Of a DNA stretch of 64,000 bases, positions 45,222 to 56,442 are shown piece after piece. The DNA is from Escherichia coli (GTDB lineage Bacteria > Pseudomonadota > Gammaproteobacteria > Enterobacterales > Enterobacteriaceae), in the NCBI RefSeq assembly GCF_003991155.1, contig NZ_CP031293.1. The stretch is one strand, 5' to 3'. Numbering within the stretch: the first letter of the stretch is position 1; the number at the start of each line of letters is the position of its first letter. The notes under the pieces are model-generated. The model did no database searches. It was not told where the DNA came from and worked only from the letters and a program-made list of their open reading frames with translations. A program made the position numbers and the translations under genes.

Positions 45222-46355
45222 TTAAACCGTCAGCACCACACAGCTGTCCACTTCCCAGCACAAACGCACTTCATCGCCCCAGGTCGGTAACCCTTTACGA
45301 TGACGATGGGCGTTTTGCAGCTGGGCGCTGATCATCTGCCCACTTTTCAGACGAACGTGATACACCGAAAGATCGCCGAGATAGGCAATGTGTATCACCT
45401 CCCCCACCGCGAAGTTACAACCATTGGCGGGCGGTTCCTCGCAAAGCATGATTTTTTCCGGGCGAAGCGCCACATGCACCGGCACGTTATCGACCACTGA
45501 AGCATCCGCATCGACTTTCAGTGGGTGCACCAGTCCCGGCGAATAAAGCACCAGACCATCTTCCTGACGCTCTTTGAGTACACCTTCAAAGACATTAACC
45601 GAACCGATAAATTCAGCGCTATAGCGGGTGGTCGGATGCTCATAGATCTCTTCCGGTTCGCCAATCTGGACAAATTTCCCACGATTCATAATGGCGATAC
45701 GCCCCGCCATGGTCATCGCCTCTTCCTGATCGTGAGTAACCATCACGCAGGTCACACCGACGCGCTCCAGAATATCCACCACTTCAAGCTGCATCCGGTC
45801 ACGCAGCTTTTTATCCAGCGCGCCCATCGGCTCATCGAGCAGTAATAGTTTCGGGCGCTTGGCAAGGCTTCGGGCCAGGGCCACACGCTGTCGCTGACCA
45901 CCGGAAAGCTGATGCGGTTTGCGTTTGGCGAACTCCTGCATATGCACCAGCCCGAGCATCTCATTGACCCGGCTGGCAATTTCCGCTTTCGGTAGTTTGT
46001 CCTGTTTCAGGCCAAAAGCGATGTTCTGTTCCACGGTCATATGCGGAAACAGCGCGTAAGACTGAAACATCATATTGATGGGGCGCAGGTAAGGCGGCAC
46101 CTGTGACAAATCGACGCCATCGAGCATAATCTGCCCGGCAGAAGGTTGTTCGAAACCTGCCAGCATACGCAGCAGCGTGGACTTGCCACAGCCGGATGCG
46201 CCCAGCAGCGCGAAGATTTCGCCTTTATAGATGGTCAGGCTGACATCATCGACCGCATGCTGACCATCGTAAGATTTAGTCAGATTACGGATTTCTAATA
46301 GCGGCGTCAGCGCCTTACGGGTTTTCGCCTGCGGGCGAGGGATAGCGTCATTCAC
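45222..46355 (-). CDS. potG: putrescine ABC transporter ATP-binding protein PotG
   Basis: Walker A GASGCGKST; start placed at GTG giving 377 aa (ORF-track entry is over-extended). Confidence 0.85.
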   Translation of the reverse strand: MNDAIPRPQAKTRKALTPLLEIRNLTKSYDGQHAVDDVSLTIYKGEIFALLGASGCGKSTLLRMLAGFEQPSAGQIMLDGVDLSQVPPYLRPINMMFQSYALFPHMTVEQNIAFGLKQDKLPKAEIASRVNEMLGLVHMQEFAKRKPHQLSGGQRQRVALARSLAKRPKLLLLDEPMGALDKKLRDRMQLEVVDILERVGVTCVMVTHDQEEAMTMAGRIAIMNRGKFVQIGEPEEIYEHPTTRYSAEFIGSVNVFEGVLKERQEDGLVLYSPGLVHPLKVDADASVVDNVPVHVALRPEKIMLCEEPPANGCNFAVGEVIHIAYLGDLSVYHVRLKSGQMISAQLQNAHRHRKGLPTWGDEVRLCWEVDSCVVLTV

Positions 46356-46449
46356 GGCTGCTCTCCGGCATTGAATGTGTGCAAGCGCACCATAATGGTG
46401 CGAATTGCCGGCGGGTGTGTTGCGCCCGTCCGGCATCTACGACTGCGGA

Positions 46450-47562
46450 TTATTTTCCGCTCTTCACTTTGGTCCACGCGCGGGTGCGCACACGGTCTAT
46501 TTTTGGATCCTGCACTTTCAGAGTGAACAACTTCGCACGAACGTCCGCCGGAGGATAAATCCCTGGATTATCACGCACTTCCGCGCTTACCAGCGGCGTA
46601 GCTTCTTTGTTCGCGTTGGCATAGAACACATGGTCGGAAATATGCGCCACCACATCCGGGCGCAGCAGGTAATTCAGGAACTGATAGGCTTCGTCTTTAT
46701 TTTTGGCATCCGCAGGCATGGCGAAGACATCAAAGAACGCCATCGCCCCTTCTTTCGGAATCGAGAACGAGACATTAACGCCATTCTTCGCTTCCTTCGC
46801 GCGGTTTGACGCCTGCCAGACATCGCCCGCCCAGCCAATAGCGACGCAGATATCGCCGTTTGCCAGGTCGTTAATGTATTGAGATGAATGGAAATAACGA
46901 ATGTTCGGACGCAGCTTTAACAGCAGATCGGTTGCCGGTCCGGTGTAATCATCTGCTTTAGTGCTGTTGGGATCTTTACCGAGATAATTCAGCACGGTAG
47001 CAAACACTTCTTCCGGTGCATCAAGGAAAGAGACGCCGCAGCTTTTCAGTTTTTCCAGATTTTCAGGCTTGAGGATCAAGTCCCAGCTATCGACGGGCGC
47101 GTTTTCGCCCAGCACCGCTTTAACTTTATCAACGTTATAGCCAATCCCGGTCGTCGCCCACATATAGGGCATAGCAAATTTATTGTCGGGATCGTGTTTG
47201 GCAACCAACTTCAGCAGCTCCGGATCGAGATTCTTCCACTCCGGCAATTTGCTTTTGTCCAGCGGCTGGAAAACTCCCGCAGTCAACTGGCGTTCAAGAA
47301 AGCTTGCTGACGGCACCACCAGGTCAAAGCCGGTGCTACCCGCCATTAATTTGCCTTCCAGTACTTCGTTAGAGTCGAAAACATCGTAGACGACTTTAAT
47401 ACCGGTTTCTTTTTCAAAATTGGCCACCGTGTCCGGGGCGATATAATCAGACCAGTTATAAATGTGGAGTATTTTTTGTTCAGCCGCGAGCGTGCTGACA
47501 GAGACGGCCATCAGAGCACCCGCAACCAGACCCGATAGCCATTTTTTATTTAAGGCGGTCAT
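46450..47562 (-). CDS. potF: periplasmic putrescine-binding protein PotF
   Basis: 370 aa from MTALNKKWLSGLVAGALMAVSVSTLA. Confidence 0.9.
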   Translation of the reverse strand: MTALNKKWLSGLVAGALMAVSVSTLAAEQKILHIYNWSDYIAPDTVANFEKETGIKVVYDVFDSNEVLEGKLMAGSTGFDLVVPSASFLERQLTAGVFQPLDKSKLPEWKNLDPELLKLVAKHDPDNKFAMPYMWATTGIGYNVDKVKAVLGENAPVDSWDLILKPENLEKLKSCGVSFLDAPEEVFATVLNYLGKDPNSTKADDYTGPATDLLLKLRPNIRYFHSSQYINDLANGDICVAIGWAGDVWQASNRAKEAKNGVNVSFSIPKEGAMAFFDVFAMPADAKNKDEAYQFLNYLLRPDVVAHISDHVFYANANKEATPLVSAEVRDNPGIYPPADVRAKLFTLKVQDPKIDRVRTRAWTKVKSGK

Positions 47563-47912
47563 ATCTCTTTCCTTCTGAAAGTTCGTTAACAAACGAACAA
47601 AAGTTGTCACACTGAAAGATATGCAATAAACGTGCATATTTTTTATCGGCGCGGTGTAAGAAAAGAGAACTCTCTCCCGGCCAGCACTGCTCGCTATATA
47701 AAAGCATCGCAAGAATAACTTTAGCCAGGGTTTGAGACTATAGCTCGGATTAAAAAACGGTATTTAACAAATTTTTATGCGTATTTGCTCTATGTGATAA
47801 AGCCAAATCGACACAAGAGAAGTGAAACAATCTTTAAGAAAAGGTTAAAAACAGCAGATAATTTTGCAGCGCGCAGTCACTGCACCAGCGACTGCGTGCT
47901 CGAAAGGAGTTA

Positions 47913-48389
47913 TCAGTGGAGGAAATAGTTTTCAGTAACGTTGTTTTGCCCTTCATCGTCAGTCGGTAACAGCAGTTGATGGGCATTAGCTTCAAGAATG
48001 ACCATCGAAATCTGCTCTTCGCTCTGACGCACGAACCATGCAAACTGCTCATAGGTTACGCCCTGCATAACGGATAAAGACTGGCAAACCACCAGCTTTG
48101 GCAGATTATCATCCTGCATATCAAGAAATGCTTTCACGGTCAGCGAACTGGCATTGATGGCAGATAAATCCGCCGCCAGCGGCAATACGGCTGAAGGTCG
48201 GACTTCCGCCATGGCAGAAAACAGGATCGTGTTATCGATCAGATCGATTTTGGCATCAAAGACACCGTCGAAATTCTGCATATGGGGCAGATGCAGAGCC
48301 TGACAGTTATCACATTCAAAAAAACTCATCCCCAGGTCATCGAGCCATTGACGCAGCGTATCCAGACCAGGAACGACCAGCGATGTCAT
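47913..48389 (-). CDS. ybjN: YbjN-family protein (putative sensory transduction regulator)
   Basis: 158 aa from MTSLVVPGLDTL. Confidence 0.85.
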   Translation of the reverse strand: MTSLVVPGLDTLRQWLDDLGMSFFECDNCQALHLPHMQNFDGVFDAKIDLIDNTILFSAMAEVRPSAVLPLAADLSAINASSLTVKAFLDMQDDNLPKLVVCQSLSVMQGVTYEQFAWFVRQSEEQISMVILEANAHQLLLPTDDEGQNNVTENYFLH

Positions 48390-48476
48390 AATTTTGTACA
48401 ACCTCTTTCGATAAAAAGACCGGCACAGCTTACGCAAAAAGCGCAGGCAAAACCATGATCAGTAATGTGATTGCGA

Positions 48477-49379
48477 CTAACCACCCGTTTTCAGGCAATA
48501 TTCCGTCGTAGCGTGGCGTTCGATCCAGCGGATCATTTTACCCGCGATGTCGATACCGGTGGTTTTTTCTATTCCTTCCAGCCCTGGCGACGCATTCACT
48601 TCCATCACCAACGGCCCGCGATTAGCACGCAGAATATCCACACCAGCAACGTCCAGCGCCATCGTTCGCGCGGCTTTTATCGCGATTTCACGCTCCTGTG
48701 GTGTGATACTGGCGACGCTTGCCGCGCCGCCACGATGCAAATTGGAACGAAAATCGCCCTCTTTCGCCCGCCGTTCAATCGCAGCGACCACTTCATCGCC
48801 AACAACCAGACAGCGGATATCGCACCCTTGCGCCTCTTTGATATATTCCTGCACCAGAATATGCGCGTTCAGACCGCGGAAAGCGTCAATCACGCTTTCC
48901 GCCGCCTGACGCGTCTCCGCCAGCACGACGCCAATTCCCTGCGTGCCTTCAACCAACTTGACCACCAGCGGCGCACCACCGACCATGTCGATTAAATCGC
49001 TGGTATCATCCGGCGAATGCGCAATGCCCGTGACAGGCAGGTCGATGCCCTGACGCGCCAGCAGTTGCATCGAACGCAATTTGTCACGCGCCCGGGCAAT
49101 GGCGACCGACTCATTGAGCGGATAGCTCCCCAGCATCTCGAACTGGCGCAGTGCCGCCGTCCCATAAAAGGTAATGGCGGTACCAATACGCGGGATCACA
49201 GCATCAAAATGGGGTAACTTGCGGCCTTTGTAGTGAATAGAAGACGCCGCAGGATTTATGTTCATGTAGCAAGAAAGCGGATCAAGAATTTCAACCAGGT
49301 GACCGCGCTGTATAGCGGCTTCACGCAGCCGCTTACACGAATAGAGCGTTCCATCCCGGGACAATATGGCAATTTTCAC
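48477..49379 (-). CDS. rimK: ribosomal protein S6 glutamate ligase RimK (ATP-grasp)
   Basis: 300 aa, [18 protein letters not shown]. Confidence 0.9.
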   Translation of the reverse strand: MKIAILSRDGTLYSCKRLREAAIQRGHLVEILDPLSCYMNINPAASSIHYKGRKLPHFDAVIPRIGTAITFYGTAALRQFEMLGSYPLNESVAIARARDKLRSMQLLARQGIDLPVTGIAHSPDDTSDLIDMVGGAPLVVKLVEGTQGIGVVLAETRQAAESVIDAFRGLNAHILVQEYIKEAQGCDIRCLVVGDEVVAAIERRAKEGDFRSNLHRGGAASVASITPQEREIAIKAARTMALDVAGVDILRANRGPLVMEVNASPGLEGIEKTTGIDIAGKMIRWIERHATTEYCLKTGG

Positions 49380-49439
49380 CCTGCACCTCTCTTTCAGACC
49401 TGGTCAAAAGCCCGCGTATCATACATCGACGTGGCGGTT

Positions 49440-50162
49440 TTAGCGCGTCGCCCAACCCTGTTTGTGCAAATAATCCAGAATAAATGGGCGGCTTTCTTTA
49501 ATGATTGTTCGGCGGATATGATCGCTCCAGGTATCCCGGCGATTATTGCTGCCACGGGTGAGGTAATATTCCGCCAGTTGTTCGTCATACTGCGCCAGTG
49601 CGTCTTTATCCAGCGGTTGATAGCTGTTTTCATGCACCAAAATGGAGGCCGGTAAACGCGGCTTAAGATCCGGATTATCCGCAGGCCAGCCAAGGCACAG
49701 CCCAAACAACGGCAGAACATGCCGCGGTAATTTCAGCAGCTCCGTCACCGCTTCAATATTATTGCGCAGGCCGCCGATATATACCCCGCCCAATCCCAGC
49801 GATTCCGCTGCGGTTAATGCATTCTGCGCCATCATTGCCGTATCAACGACACCGAGCAACAGTTGTTCCGCCAGGCCGAGCTGAGCATCCGGACAGATCT
49901 GTAAATGGCGGTTAAAGTCGGCACAGAACACCCAGAACTCCGCCGCTTGCGCTACGTGTTTTTGCCCGCCGGTAAGCGTCACCAGTTCATCACGTAACGC
50001 TTTGTCGGAAATGCGAATAATGCTACTGCACTGCAAAAAACTGGAACTGGACGTCGCACGGGCGCTGTTAATAATCGCCTCACGCTGCGCTTCGGAAATG
50101 GGTTCATCAGTGAAATGGCGAATGGAGCGATGGCCACAAATAAGTTCAATGGTTGGCGTCAT
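49440..50162 (-). CDS. nfsA: oxygen-insensitive NADPH nitroreductase NfsA
   Basis: 240 aa, MTPTIELICGHRSIRHFTDEP. Confidence 0.9.
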   Translation of the reverse strand: MTPTIELICGHRSIRHFTDEPISEAQREAIINSARATSSSSFLQCSSIIRISDKALRDELVTLTGGQKHVAQAAEFWVFCADFNRHLQICPDAQLGLAEQLLLGVVDTAMMAQNALTAAESLGLGGVYIGGLRNNIEAVTELLKLPRHVLPLFGLCLGWPADNPDLKPRLPASILVHENSYQPLDKDALAQYDEQLAEYYLTRGSNNRRDTWSDHIRRTIIKESRPFILDYLHKQGWATR

Positions 50163-50433
50163 TATCTTTTTCTCTTTCTGAACGTGAATATTGCGGTGGA
50201 CGGTTCATCAGCTGTGGGGCAAGACGTTTTGCCACCTGAAGAATAACCACCACCGCAGCGGGAAGCATGAGCAAAACACCGAGAAAAATCATCAGAATCT
50301 GCACTTCTGGCCGAGAAAATGGCTCAGGTAGCGACAGGGAGTCGCTTACCGACAGCAGCGCCACCGCCAGCAACATCATTCCGATAAATTCCAGTATCAA
50401 CACGCTTTTAGGCAATTTACCGATCGCGCGCAT
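50146..50433 (-). CDS. ybjC: small membrane protein YbjC
   Basis: 95 aa; overlaps nfsA start, same strand. Confidence 0.85.
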   Translation of the reverse strand: MRAIGKLPKSVLILEFIGMMLLAVALLSVSDSLSLPEPFSRPEVQILMIFLGVLLMLPAAVVVILQVAKRLAPQLMNRPPQYSRSEREKDNDANH

Positions 50434-50592
50434 ACGCTTCCCTCTGCAAAGTGAGCCTTCAGTCTAAAACTTTTCACTGTATTGTGTTTAACAGTTATAG
50501 CTTTTAGCAATTAATGCAACAGGTTAAACCTACTTTCAGCGAATACATTTTAGCGTGATCATTACAGGCATAAATCTATGAGGAGAGAAATA

Positions 50593-50850
50593 ATGCAAAC
50601 CGTTATTTTTGGTCGTCCGGGTTGCCCTTACTGTGTGCGTGCAAAAGATCTGGCTGAGAAATTGAGCAATGAACGCGATGATTTTCAGTATCAGTATGTA
50701 GATATTCGTGCGGAAGGGATCACTAAAGAAGATCTACAACAAAAGGCAGGTAAACCCGTAGAAACCGTGCCGCAGATTTTTGTCGATCAGCAACATATCG
50801 GCGGCTATACCGATTTTGCTGCATGGGTGAAAGAGAATCTGGACGCCTGA
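50593..50850 (+). CDS. grxA: glutaredoxin 1
   Basis: CPYC active site; 85 aa from MQTVIFGRPGCPYCVRAK. Confidence 0.92.
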   Translation: MQTVIFGRPGCPYCVRAKDLAEKLSNERDDFQYQYVDIRAEGITKEDLQQKAGKPVETVPQIFVDQQHIGGYTDFAAWVKENLDA

Positions 50851-50859
50851 TCGTCTGAC

Positions 50860-50892
50860 AAGCCCTCGCGTTGAGGGCTTTATTGATTTTTT
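50860..50892. terminator. hairpin plus T-run between convergent grxA and ybjM
   Basis: AAGCCCTC-GCGTT-GAGGGCTT followed by TATTGATTTTTT. Confidence 0.6.
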
Positions 50893-51257
50893 CTGTGCTG
50901 TGGTTTAAACAAACTACTGATAAATAAGAAACACAGTGCCCCCAGCGCACACCAGAACACCGCACTTAATAACCATGCCAGCTCTTGCCAGAATGAGCGC
51001 GTCGGTGAAAAAAACAGCCGCATAATAAGCATTGAACAGGGTGCCGCCAGCATTGCGCCAAACAGAGGTTTCAGGACTTCTCTACGCTGTGAAAAGAAGC
51101 TGGCAACTGCTCCAGGAAGAATGAAAAACAGCAAGCCGATTTCAGGATGCCCGGCAGCCCGAAAAGCGCCTTTCATGTGCGTCGCCAGAAAAAGGCACAC
51201 CACAATGAAGAGGACAAAACAGCAGATTGCCCCCGCCCAACGTTGTTTATGTTTCAC
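50880..51257 (-). CDS. ybjM: inner membrane protein YbjM
   Basis: 125-aa membrane ORF. Confidence 0.85.
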   Translation of the reverse strand: MKHKQRWAGAICCFVLFIVVCLFLATHMKGAFRAAGHPEIGLLFFILPGAVASFFSQRREVLKPLFGAMLAAPCSMLIMRLFFSPTRSFWQELAWLLSAVFWCALGALCFLFISSLFKPQHRKNQ

Positions 51258-51526
51258 TCGTTCCTCCTGACACTGCGTCTATCGAACACATTTTTCGCCA
51301 GTGTGGCGTTCAGTAAGATAAAGCCGCTTCGCATTCCATGCTAATATAGGCCAACGCAATTCATATAGCCGTTGATACCTAATGTGATTACACTAGTAAA
51401 ATATATTGTTACTTTACTATCGTTTAGGTGCGCTGAATGAATCTGCGCCCTGAATTCTGGTAAAAAACATTATCGTAAATTACCATTTCTTTCAACAGCT
51501 TACTAGTAAACAAGAAGTTAGCCTCC

Positions 51527-53212
51527 GTGAATATAAACGTCGCCGAATTGTTAAATGGGAATTACATTCTGTTATTATTTGTGGTCCTCGCGCTTGGGCT
51601 ATGTCTCGGGAAATTACGACTTGGTTCGATCCAACTGGGTAATTCCATTGGCGTTTTAGTCGTATCGCTGTTATTAGGCCAACAACATTTCAGCATTAAC
51701 ACCGACGCGCTTAATCTTGGCTTTATGCTGTTTATTTTCTGCGTCGGGGTCGAAGCCGGACCGAACTTTTTTTCCATTTTTTTTCGCGATGGGAAAAATT
51801 ACCTAATGTTAGCACTGGTGATGGTTGGCAGTGCGCTGGTCATCGCCTTAGGGTTAGGTAAGCTGTTTGGCTGGGATATTGGCCTGACGGCCGGTATGTT
51901 AGCAGGCTCTATGACGTCAACACCGGTTTTGGTCGGTGCTGGCGATACACTGCGTCATTCCGGCATGGAAAGCAGGCAGCTCTCACTGGCACTGGATAAT
52001 CTGAGCCTCGGGTATGCCTTAACCTATTTAATCGGTCTGGTGAGTTTGATTGTTGGTGCGCGTTACTTGCCGAAATTGCAGCATCAGGACTTACAGACCA
52101 GCGCCCAGCAAATCGCCCGCGAACGTGGCCTGGACACAGATGCCAACCGTAAGGTTTATTTGCCGGTGATCCGCGCCTACCGCGTCGGCCCGGAGCTGGT
52201 GGCCTGGACCGACGGCAAAAATCTGCGTGAACTGGGTATTTATCGACAAACTGGCTGTTACATTGAACGTATTCGGCGTAACGGGATTCTGGCAAATCCA
52301 GACGGTGATGCCGTACTACAAATGGGCGATGAAATAGCGTTGGTAGGCTATCCCGACGCCCACGCCCGACTCGATCCCAGTTTCCGTAATGGCAAAGAAG
52401 TTTTCGATCGTGACCTTCTCGACATGCGTATCGTCACTGAAGAAGTGGTCGTTAAAAACCATAACGCTGTAGGCAAACGTCTCGCACAACTGAAGTTGAC
52501 CGATCACGGTTGCTTCCTTAACCGCGTCATTCGTAGCCAGATTGAGATGCCGATTGATGACAACGTTGTGCTTAACAAAGGTGACGTTTTACAAGTCAGC
52601 GGCGATGCCCGCCGCGTAAAAACCATCGCCGATCGCATCGGCTTTATCTCGATTCACAGCCAGGTCACTGACTTGCTGGCATTCTGCGCCTTCTTTGTGA
52701 TTGGGCTAATGATCGGGATGATCACCTTCCAGTTCAGCACATTCAGTTTCGGCATGGGGAACGCTGCCGGGTTGTTATTCGCCGGAATTATGCTGGGCTT
52801 TATGCGTGCTAACCACCCGACCTTCGGTTACATTCCGCAAGGTGCATTAAGCATGGTGAAAGAGTTCGGCTTGATGGTGTTTATGGCAGGCGTTGGTCTG
52901 AGCGCCGGTAGCGGTATTAATAACGGCCTGGGCGCGATTGGCGGTCAAATGTTGATTGCCGGATTGATTGTCAGTCTGGTGCCAGTGGTTATCTGCTTCT
53001 TGTTCGGTGCTTATGTATTGCGAATGAACCGCGCACTGTTGTTCGGCGCAATGATGGGCGCACGCACCTGCGCGCCGGCAATGGAGATCATCAGTGATAC
53101 AGCTCGCAGTAATATCCCGGCGCTGGGCTATGCGGGCACTTACGCAATCGCCAACGTCCTGCTGACGCTAGCAGGGACAATCATCGTCATGGTATGGCCA
53201 GGATTAGGATAA
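51527..53212 (+). CDS. ybjL: putative transport protein YbjL (AAE-family membrane domains flanking TrkA-C/RCK_C domains)
   Basis: 561 aa, GTG start; two membrane halves with central soluble region. Confidence 0.85.
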
Positions 53213-53253
53213 AACTGAAGTTGCCCTGAAAATGAAATTTTTTTGCACAACCG

Positions 53254-53288
53254 CAGAACTTTTCCGCAGGGCATCAGTCTTAATTAGT
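53254..53288 (+). promoter_or_regulatory. sigma-E-type promoter of rybB
   Basis: GAACTT (-35) then ~16 bp then TCTTA (-10) immediately upstream of the RybB 5' end. Confidence 0.6.
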
Positions 53289-53367
53289 GCCACTGCTTTT
53301 CTTTGATGTCCCCATTTTGTGGAGCCCATCAACCCCGCCATTTCGGTTCAAGGTTGGTGGGTTTTTT
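53289..53367 (+). ncRNA. rybB: RybB small RNA (sigma-E-dependent, Hfq-binding)
   Basis: Recognised as RybB: GCCACTGCTTTTCTTTGATGTCCCC...GGTTCAAGGTTGGTGGGTTTTTT, ending in terminator hairpin plus U-run; lies in ybjL-rcdA intergenic region as in K-12. Confidence 0.85.
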
Positions 53368-53386
53368 GTTGTCTAAAATTTATCTA

Positions 53387-53923
53387 CTACCCTGCAACCC
53401 TCTCAACCATCCTCAAAATCTCCTCGCGCGATAGCGGCTTACGGTCGGTGACAAAATGCAGCGTCATCCCCTCAATAAACGCATCAAGCGCGCGGGCGGT
53501 TCCGGGTTCAAACCATTGTTCGAGCGTTTGCTGACTGCGCTGCATCCAGTTTTGCATTACCGTTTTTAATAGCGGTTTTCGGCTAGCCAGCGCGTAGAGC
53601 TGGTACATCAGCTCCATGTTATCCGGCGTTGCAACCTGTGAGCTGTAGATCATATCGGTGATAGCCTGGCATGCGCCCGGAGCATCACTAACATCGCTAA
53701 AAAATGCCTGATATTGCCGGGACATGATCTCAGTAAAACGGCTGAACGCCTCCAGCAACAACTCATCAATTCCTGAAAAATAGTAAGTCATCGATCCCAA
53801 CGGTACCCCGGCAAGGGTAGCAATTTTGCGGTGTGTAACAGCATGTATTCCATAAAGTTTCACCGCCTCCAGCGTGGCCTGGATAATTTTTTCTCGCCGT
53901 TGCGGATCGTTAGCGCGACGCAT
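53387..53923 (-). CDS. rcdA: TetR-family transcriptional regulator RcdA (YbjK)
   Basis: 178 aa from [21 protein letters not shown] (TetR HTH). Confidence 0.85.
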
Positions 53924-54006
53924 GTCATTTCCTCTCTCTACAATTGTGTACAAATGTACACAATCTTGCTAATGTTGTCTTCCCTCTTCTTATTTTGACG
54001 TGGTCT

Positions 54007-55215
54007 ATGACCGTAAATTCTTCACGTAATGCATTGAAACGCCGAACCTGGGCGCTGTTTATGTTCTTCTTTTTGCCAGGCCTGTTAATGGCGTCCTGGG
54101 CAACCCGTACGCCTGCTATCCGCGATATTCTCTCTGTCTCGATCGCTGAAATGGGCGGTGTTCTCTTTGGTCTGTCGATCGGTTCGATGAGCGGTATTCT
54201 CTGCTCGGCGTGGTTAGTGAAACGCTTTGGGACGCGTAATGTCATCCTTGTGACGATGTCCTGCGCATTGATTGGGATGATGATACTAAGCCTGGCACTC
54301 TGGCTGACATCGCCCCTGCTCTTCGCGGTTGGTCTCGGCGTCTTTGGGGCAAGTTTTGGTTCTGCGGAAGTGGCGATAAACGTTGAAGGTGCCGCCGTTG
54401 AGCGAGAAATGAATAAAACGGTTTTGCCGATGATGCACGGTTTTTATAGCCTGGGCACGCTGGCAGGCGCTGGTGTCGGGATGGCACTGACGGCCTTTGG
54501 CGTTCCGGCAACGGTGCATATTTTATTGGCGGCGCTGGTAGGCATCGCACCTATTTATATCGCCATTCAGGCAATCCCTGACGGTACGGGCAAAAATGCT
54601 GCCGATGGCACCCAGCATGGCGAAAAAGGCGTACCTTTTTATCGCGATATCCAGTTGCTGTTGATTGGTGTTGTGGTGCTGGCGATGGCCTTTGCCGAAG
54701 GTTCTGCCAACGACTGGTTACCCTTATTAATGGTTGACGGTCACGGTTTTAGTCCTACTTCCGGCTCGCTGATTTATGCCGGTTTTACCCTGGGGATGAC
54801 CGTTGGACGCTTCACCGGCGGTTGGTTCATCGACCGTTACAGTCGCGTTGCCGTGGTTCGGGCCAGTGCACTAATGGGGGCGTTGGGTATTGGGCTGATT
54901 ATTTTTGTCGATAGCGCCTGGGTCGCAGGAGTGTCTGTTGTACTTTGGGGACTAGGTGCCTCGCTGGGCTTCCCGCTGACCATTTCTGCCGCCAGCGATA
55001 CCGGCCCCGATGCACCAACCCGCGTCAGTGTGGTAGCAACGACCGGTTATCTGGCTTTCCTCGTCGGGCCGCCGCTACTGGGCTATCTCGGCGAACATTA
55101 TGGATTACGTAGTGCAATGCTGGTTGTACTGGCGCTGGTTATTCTCGCGGCTATTGTCGCGAAAGCCGTCGCCAAACCCGATACCAAAACGCAGACGGCG
55201 ATGGAGAATAGTTGA
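54007..55215 (+). CDS. ybjJ: MFS transporter YbjJ
   Basis: 402-aa 12-TM-like ORF from [18 protein letters not shown]. Confidence 0.85.
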
Positions 55216-56030
55216 TGAGCATTAAATTAATTGCGGTAGACATGGATGGTACTTTCTTAAGCGATCAAAAAACCTATAACCGTGAGCGGTTTATGGCTCA
55301 GTATCAGCAAATGAAAGCACAAGGCATTCGCTTTGTGGTCGCCAGCGGGAATCAATATTATCAGTTGATCTCTTTCTTTCCGGAAATTGCTAATGAAATA
55401 GCCTTTGTGGCTGAAAACGGCGGCTGGGTAGTGAGCGAAGGCAAAGATGTTTTTAATGGCGAGCTGTCGAAGGATGCGTTTGCTACTGTCGTGGAACATT
55501 TGCTGACGCGCCCGGAAGTGGAAATTATTGCCTGCGGAAAAAATAGCGCCTATACCCTCAAAAAATATGACGATGCCATGAAAACGGTGGCGGAAATGTA
55601 TTATCACCGTCTGGAATACGTCGATAACTTTGACAACTTAGAAGATATCTTCTTTAAGTTTGGTCTGAATCTTTCCGATGAACTGATTCCACAAGTACAA
55701 AAAGCATTACATGAGGCCATCGGCGATATTATGGTGCCGGTCCACACCGGCAACGGCAGCATCGATCTGATTATCCCCGGCGTACATAAAGCCAATGGCC
55801 TTCGCCAACTGCAGAAATTATGGGGAATAGACGACAGCGAAGTGGTGGTCTTTGGCGATGGCGGTAACGATATTGAGATGCTGCGTCAGGCAGGCTTTAG
55901 TTTTGCAATGGAAAATGCCGGCAGCGCGGTCGTCGCAGCAGCAAAATACCGGGCAGGCTCCAATAACCGTGAAGGCGTACTGGATGTGATCGATAAAGTT
56001 CTTAAACACGAAGCGCCATTTAACCAATAA
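55215..56030 (+). CDS. ybjI: HAD-family phosphatase YbjI (FMN/5-amino-6-ribitylaminouracil phosphate phosphatase)
   Basis: HAD motif I AVDMDGTF; 271 aa; start overlaps ybjJ stop. Confidence 0.85.
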   Translation: MSIKLIAVDMDGTFLSDQKTYNRERFMAQYQQMKAQGIRFVVASGNQYYQLISFFPEIANEIAFVAENGGWVVSEGKDVFNGELSKDAFATVVEHLLTRPEVEIIACGKNSAYTLKKYDDAMKTVAEMYYHRLEYVDNFDNLEDIFFKFGLNLSDELIPQVQKALHEAIGDIMVPVHTGNGSIDLIIPGVHKANGLRQLQKLWGIDDSEVVVFGDGGNDIEMLRQAGFSFAMENAGSAVVAAAKYRAGSNNREGVLDVIDKVLKHEAPFNQ

Positions 56031-56115
56031 AAACGGCAGCACGCCCGGCAACACAATGCCTGAATGAAGGCTGCATAATTCGCGGAAATTAACCCGCTGC
56101 ATTATTTCAGGCGAA

Positions 56116-56400
56116 ATGATTATGAAAAATTGTCTACTGTTGGGCGCGCTTTTAATGGGCTTTACTGGTGTGGCGATGGCGCAAAGTGTCACCGTCGATG
56201 TGCCGAGTGGATACAAAGTGGTTGTGGTTCCTGATTCAGTCAGCGTTCCACAAGCGGTCAGCGTCGCGACTGTGCCGCAAACCGTCTATGTGGCTCCTGC
56301 GCCAGCTCCGGCTTACCGCCCGCATCCTTATGTTCGCCATCTTGCCAGCGTAGGTGAAGGGATGGTTATCGAACACCAGATTGACGACCATCACCATTAA
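56116..56400 (+). CDS. ybjH: secreted protein YbjH
   Basis: 94 aa with signal peptide. Confidence 0.8.
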   Translation: MIMKNCLLLGALLMGFTGVAMAQSVTVDVPSGYKVVVVPDSVSVPQAVSVATVPQTVYVAPAPAPAYRPHPYVRHLASVGEGMVIEHQIDDHHH

Positions 56401-56406
56401 TTTGAG

Positions 56407-56442
56407 AATGCCTGATCGCACAAAGCAATCAGGCATTTTTTT
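56407..56442. terminator. hairpin plus T-run between convergent ybjH and mdfA
   Basis: AATGCCTGAT...ATCAGGCATT followed by TTTTTTT. Confidence 0.65.

Noticed and set aside
45222-47712. Over-extended ORF-track starts for potG (404 aa) and potF (420 aa)
   Set aside because: The N-terminal extensions lack signal-peptide or domain logic and run into neighbouring intergenic DNA; internal starts giving 377 and 370 aa match the proteins as I recall them.
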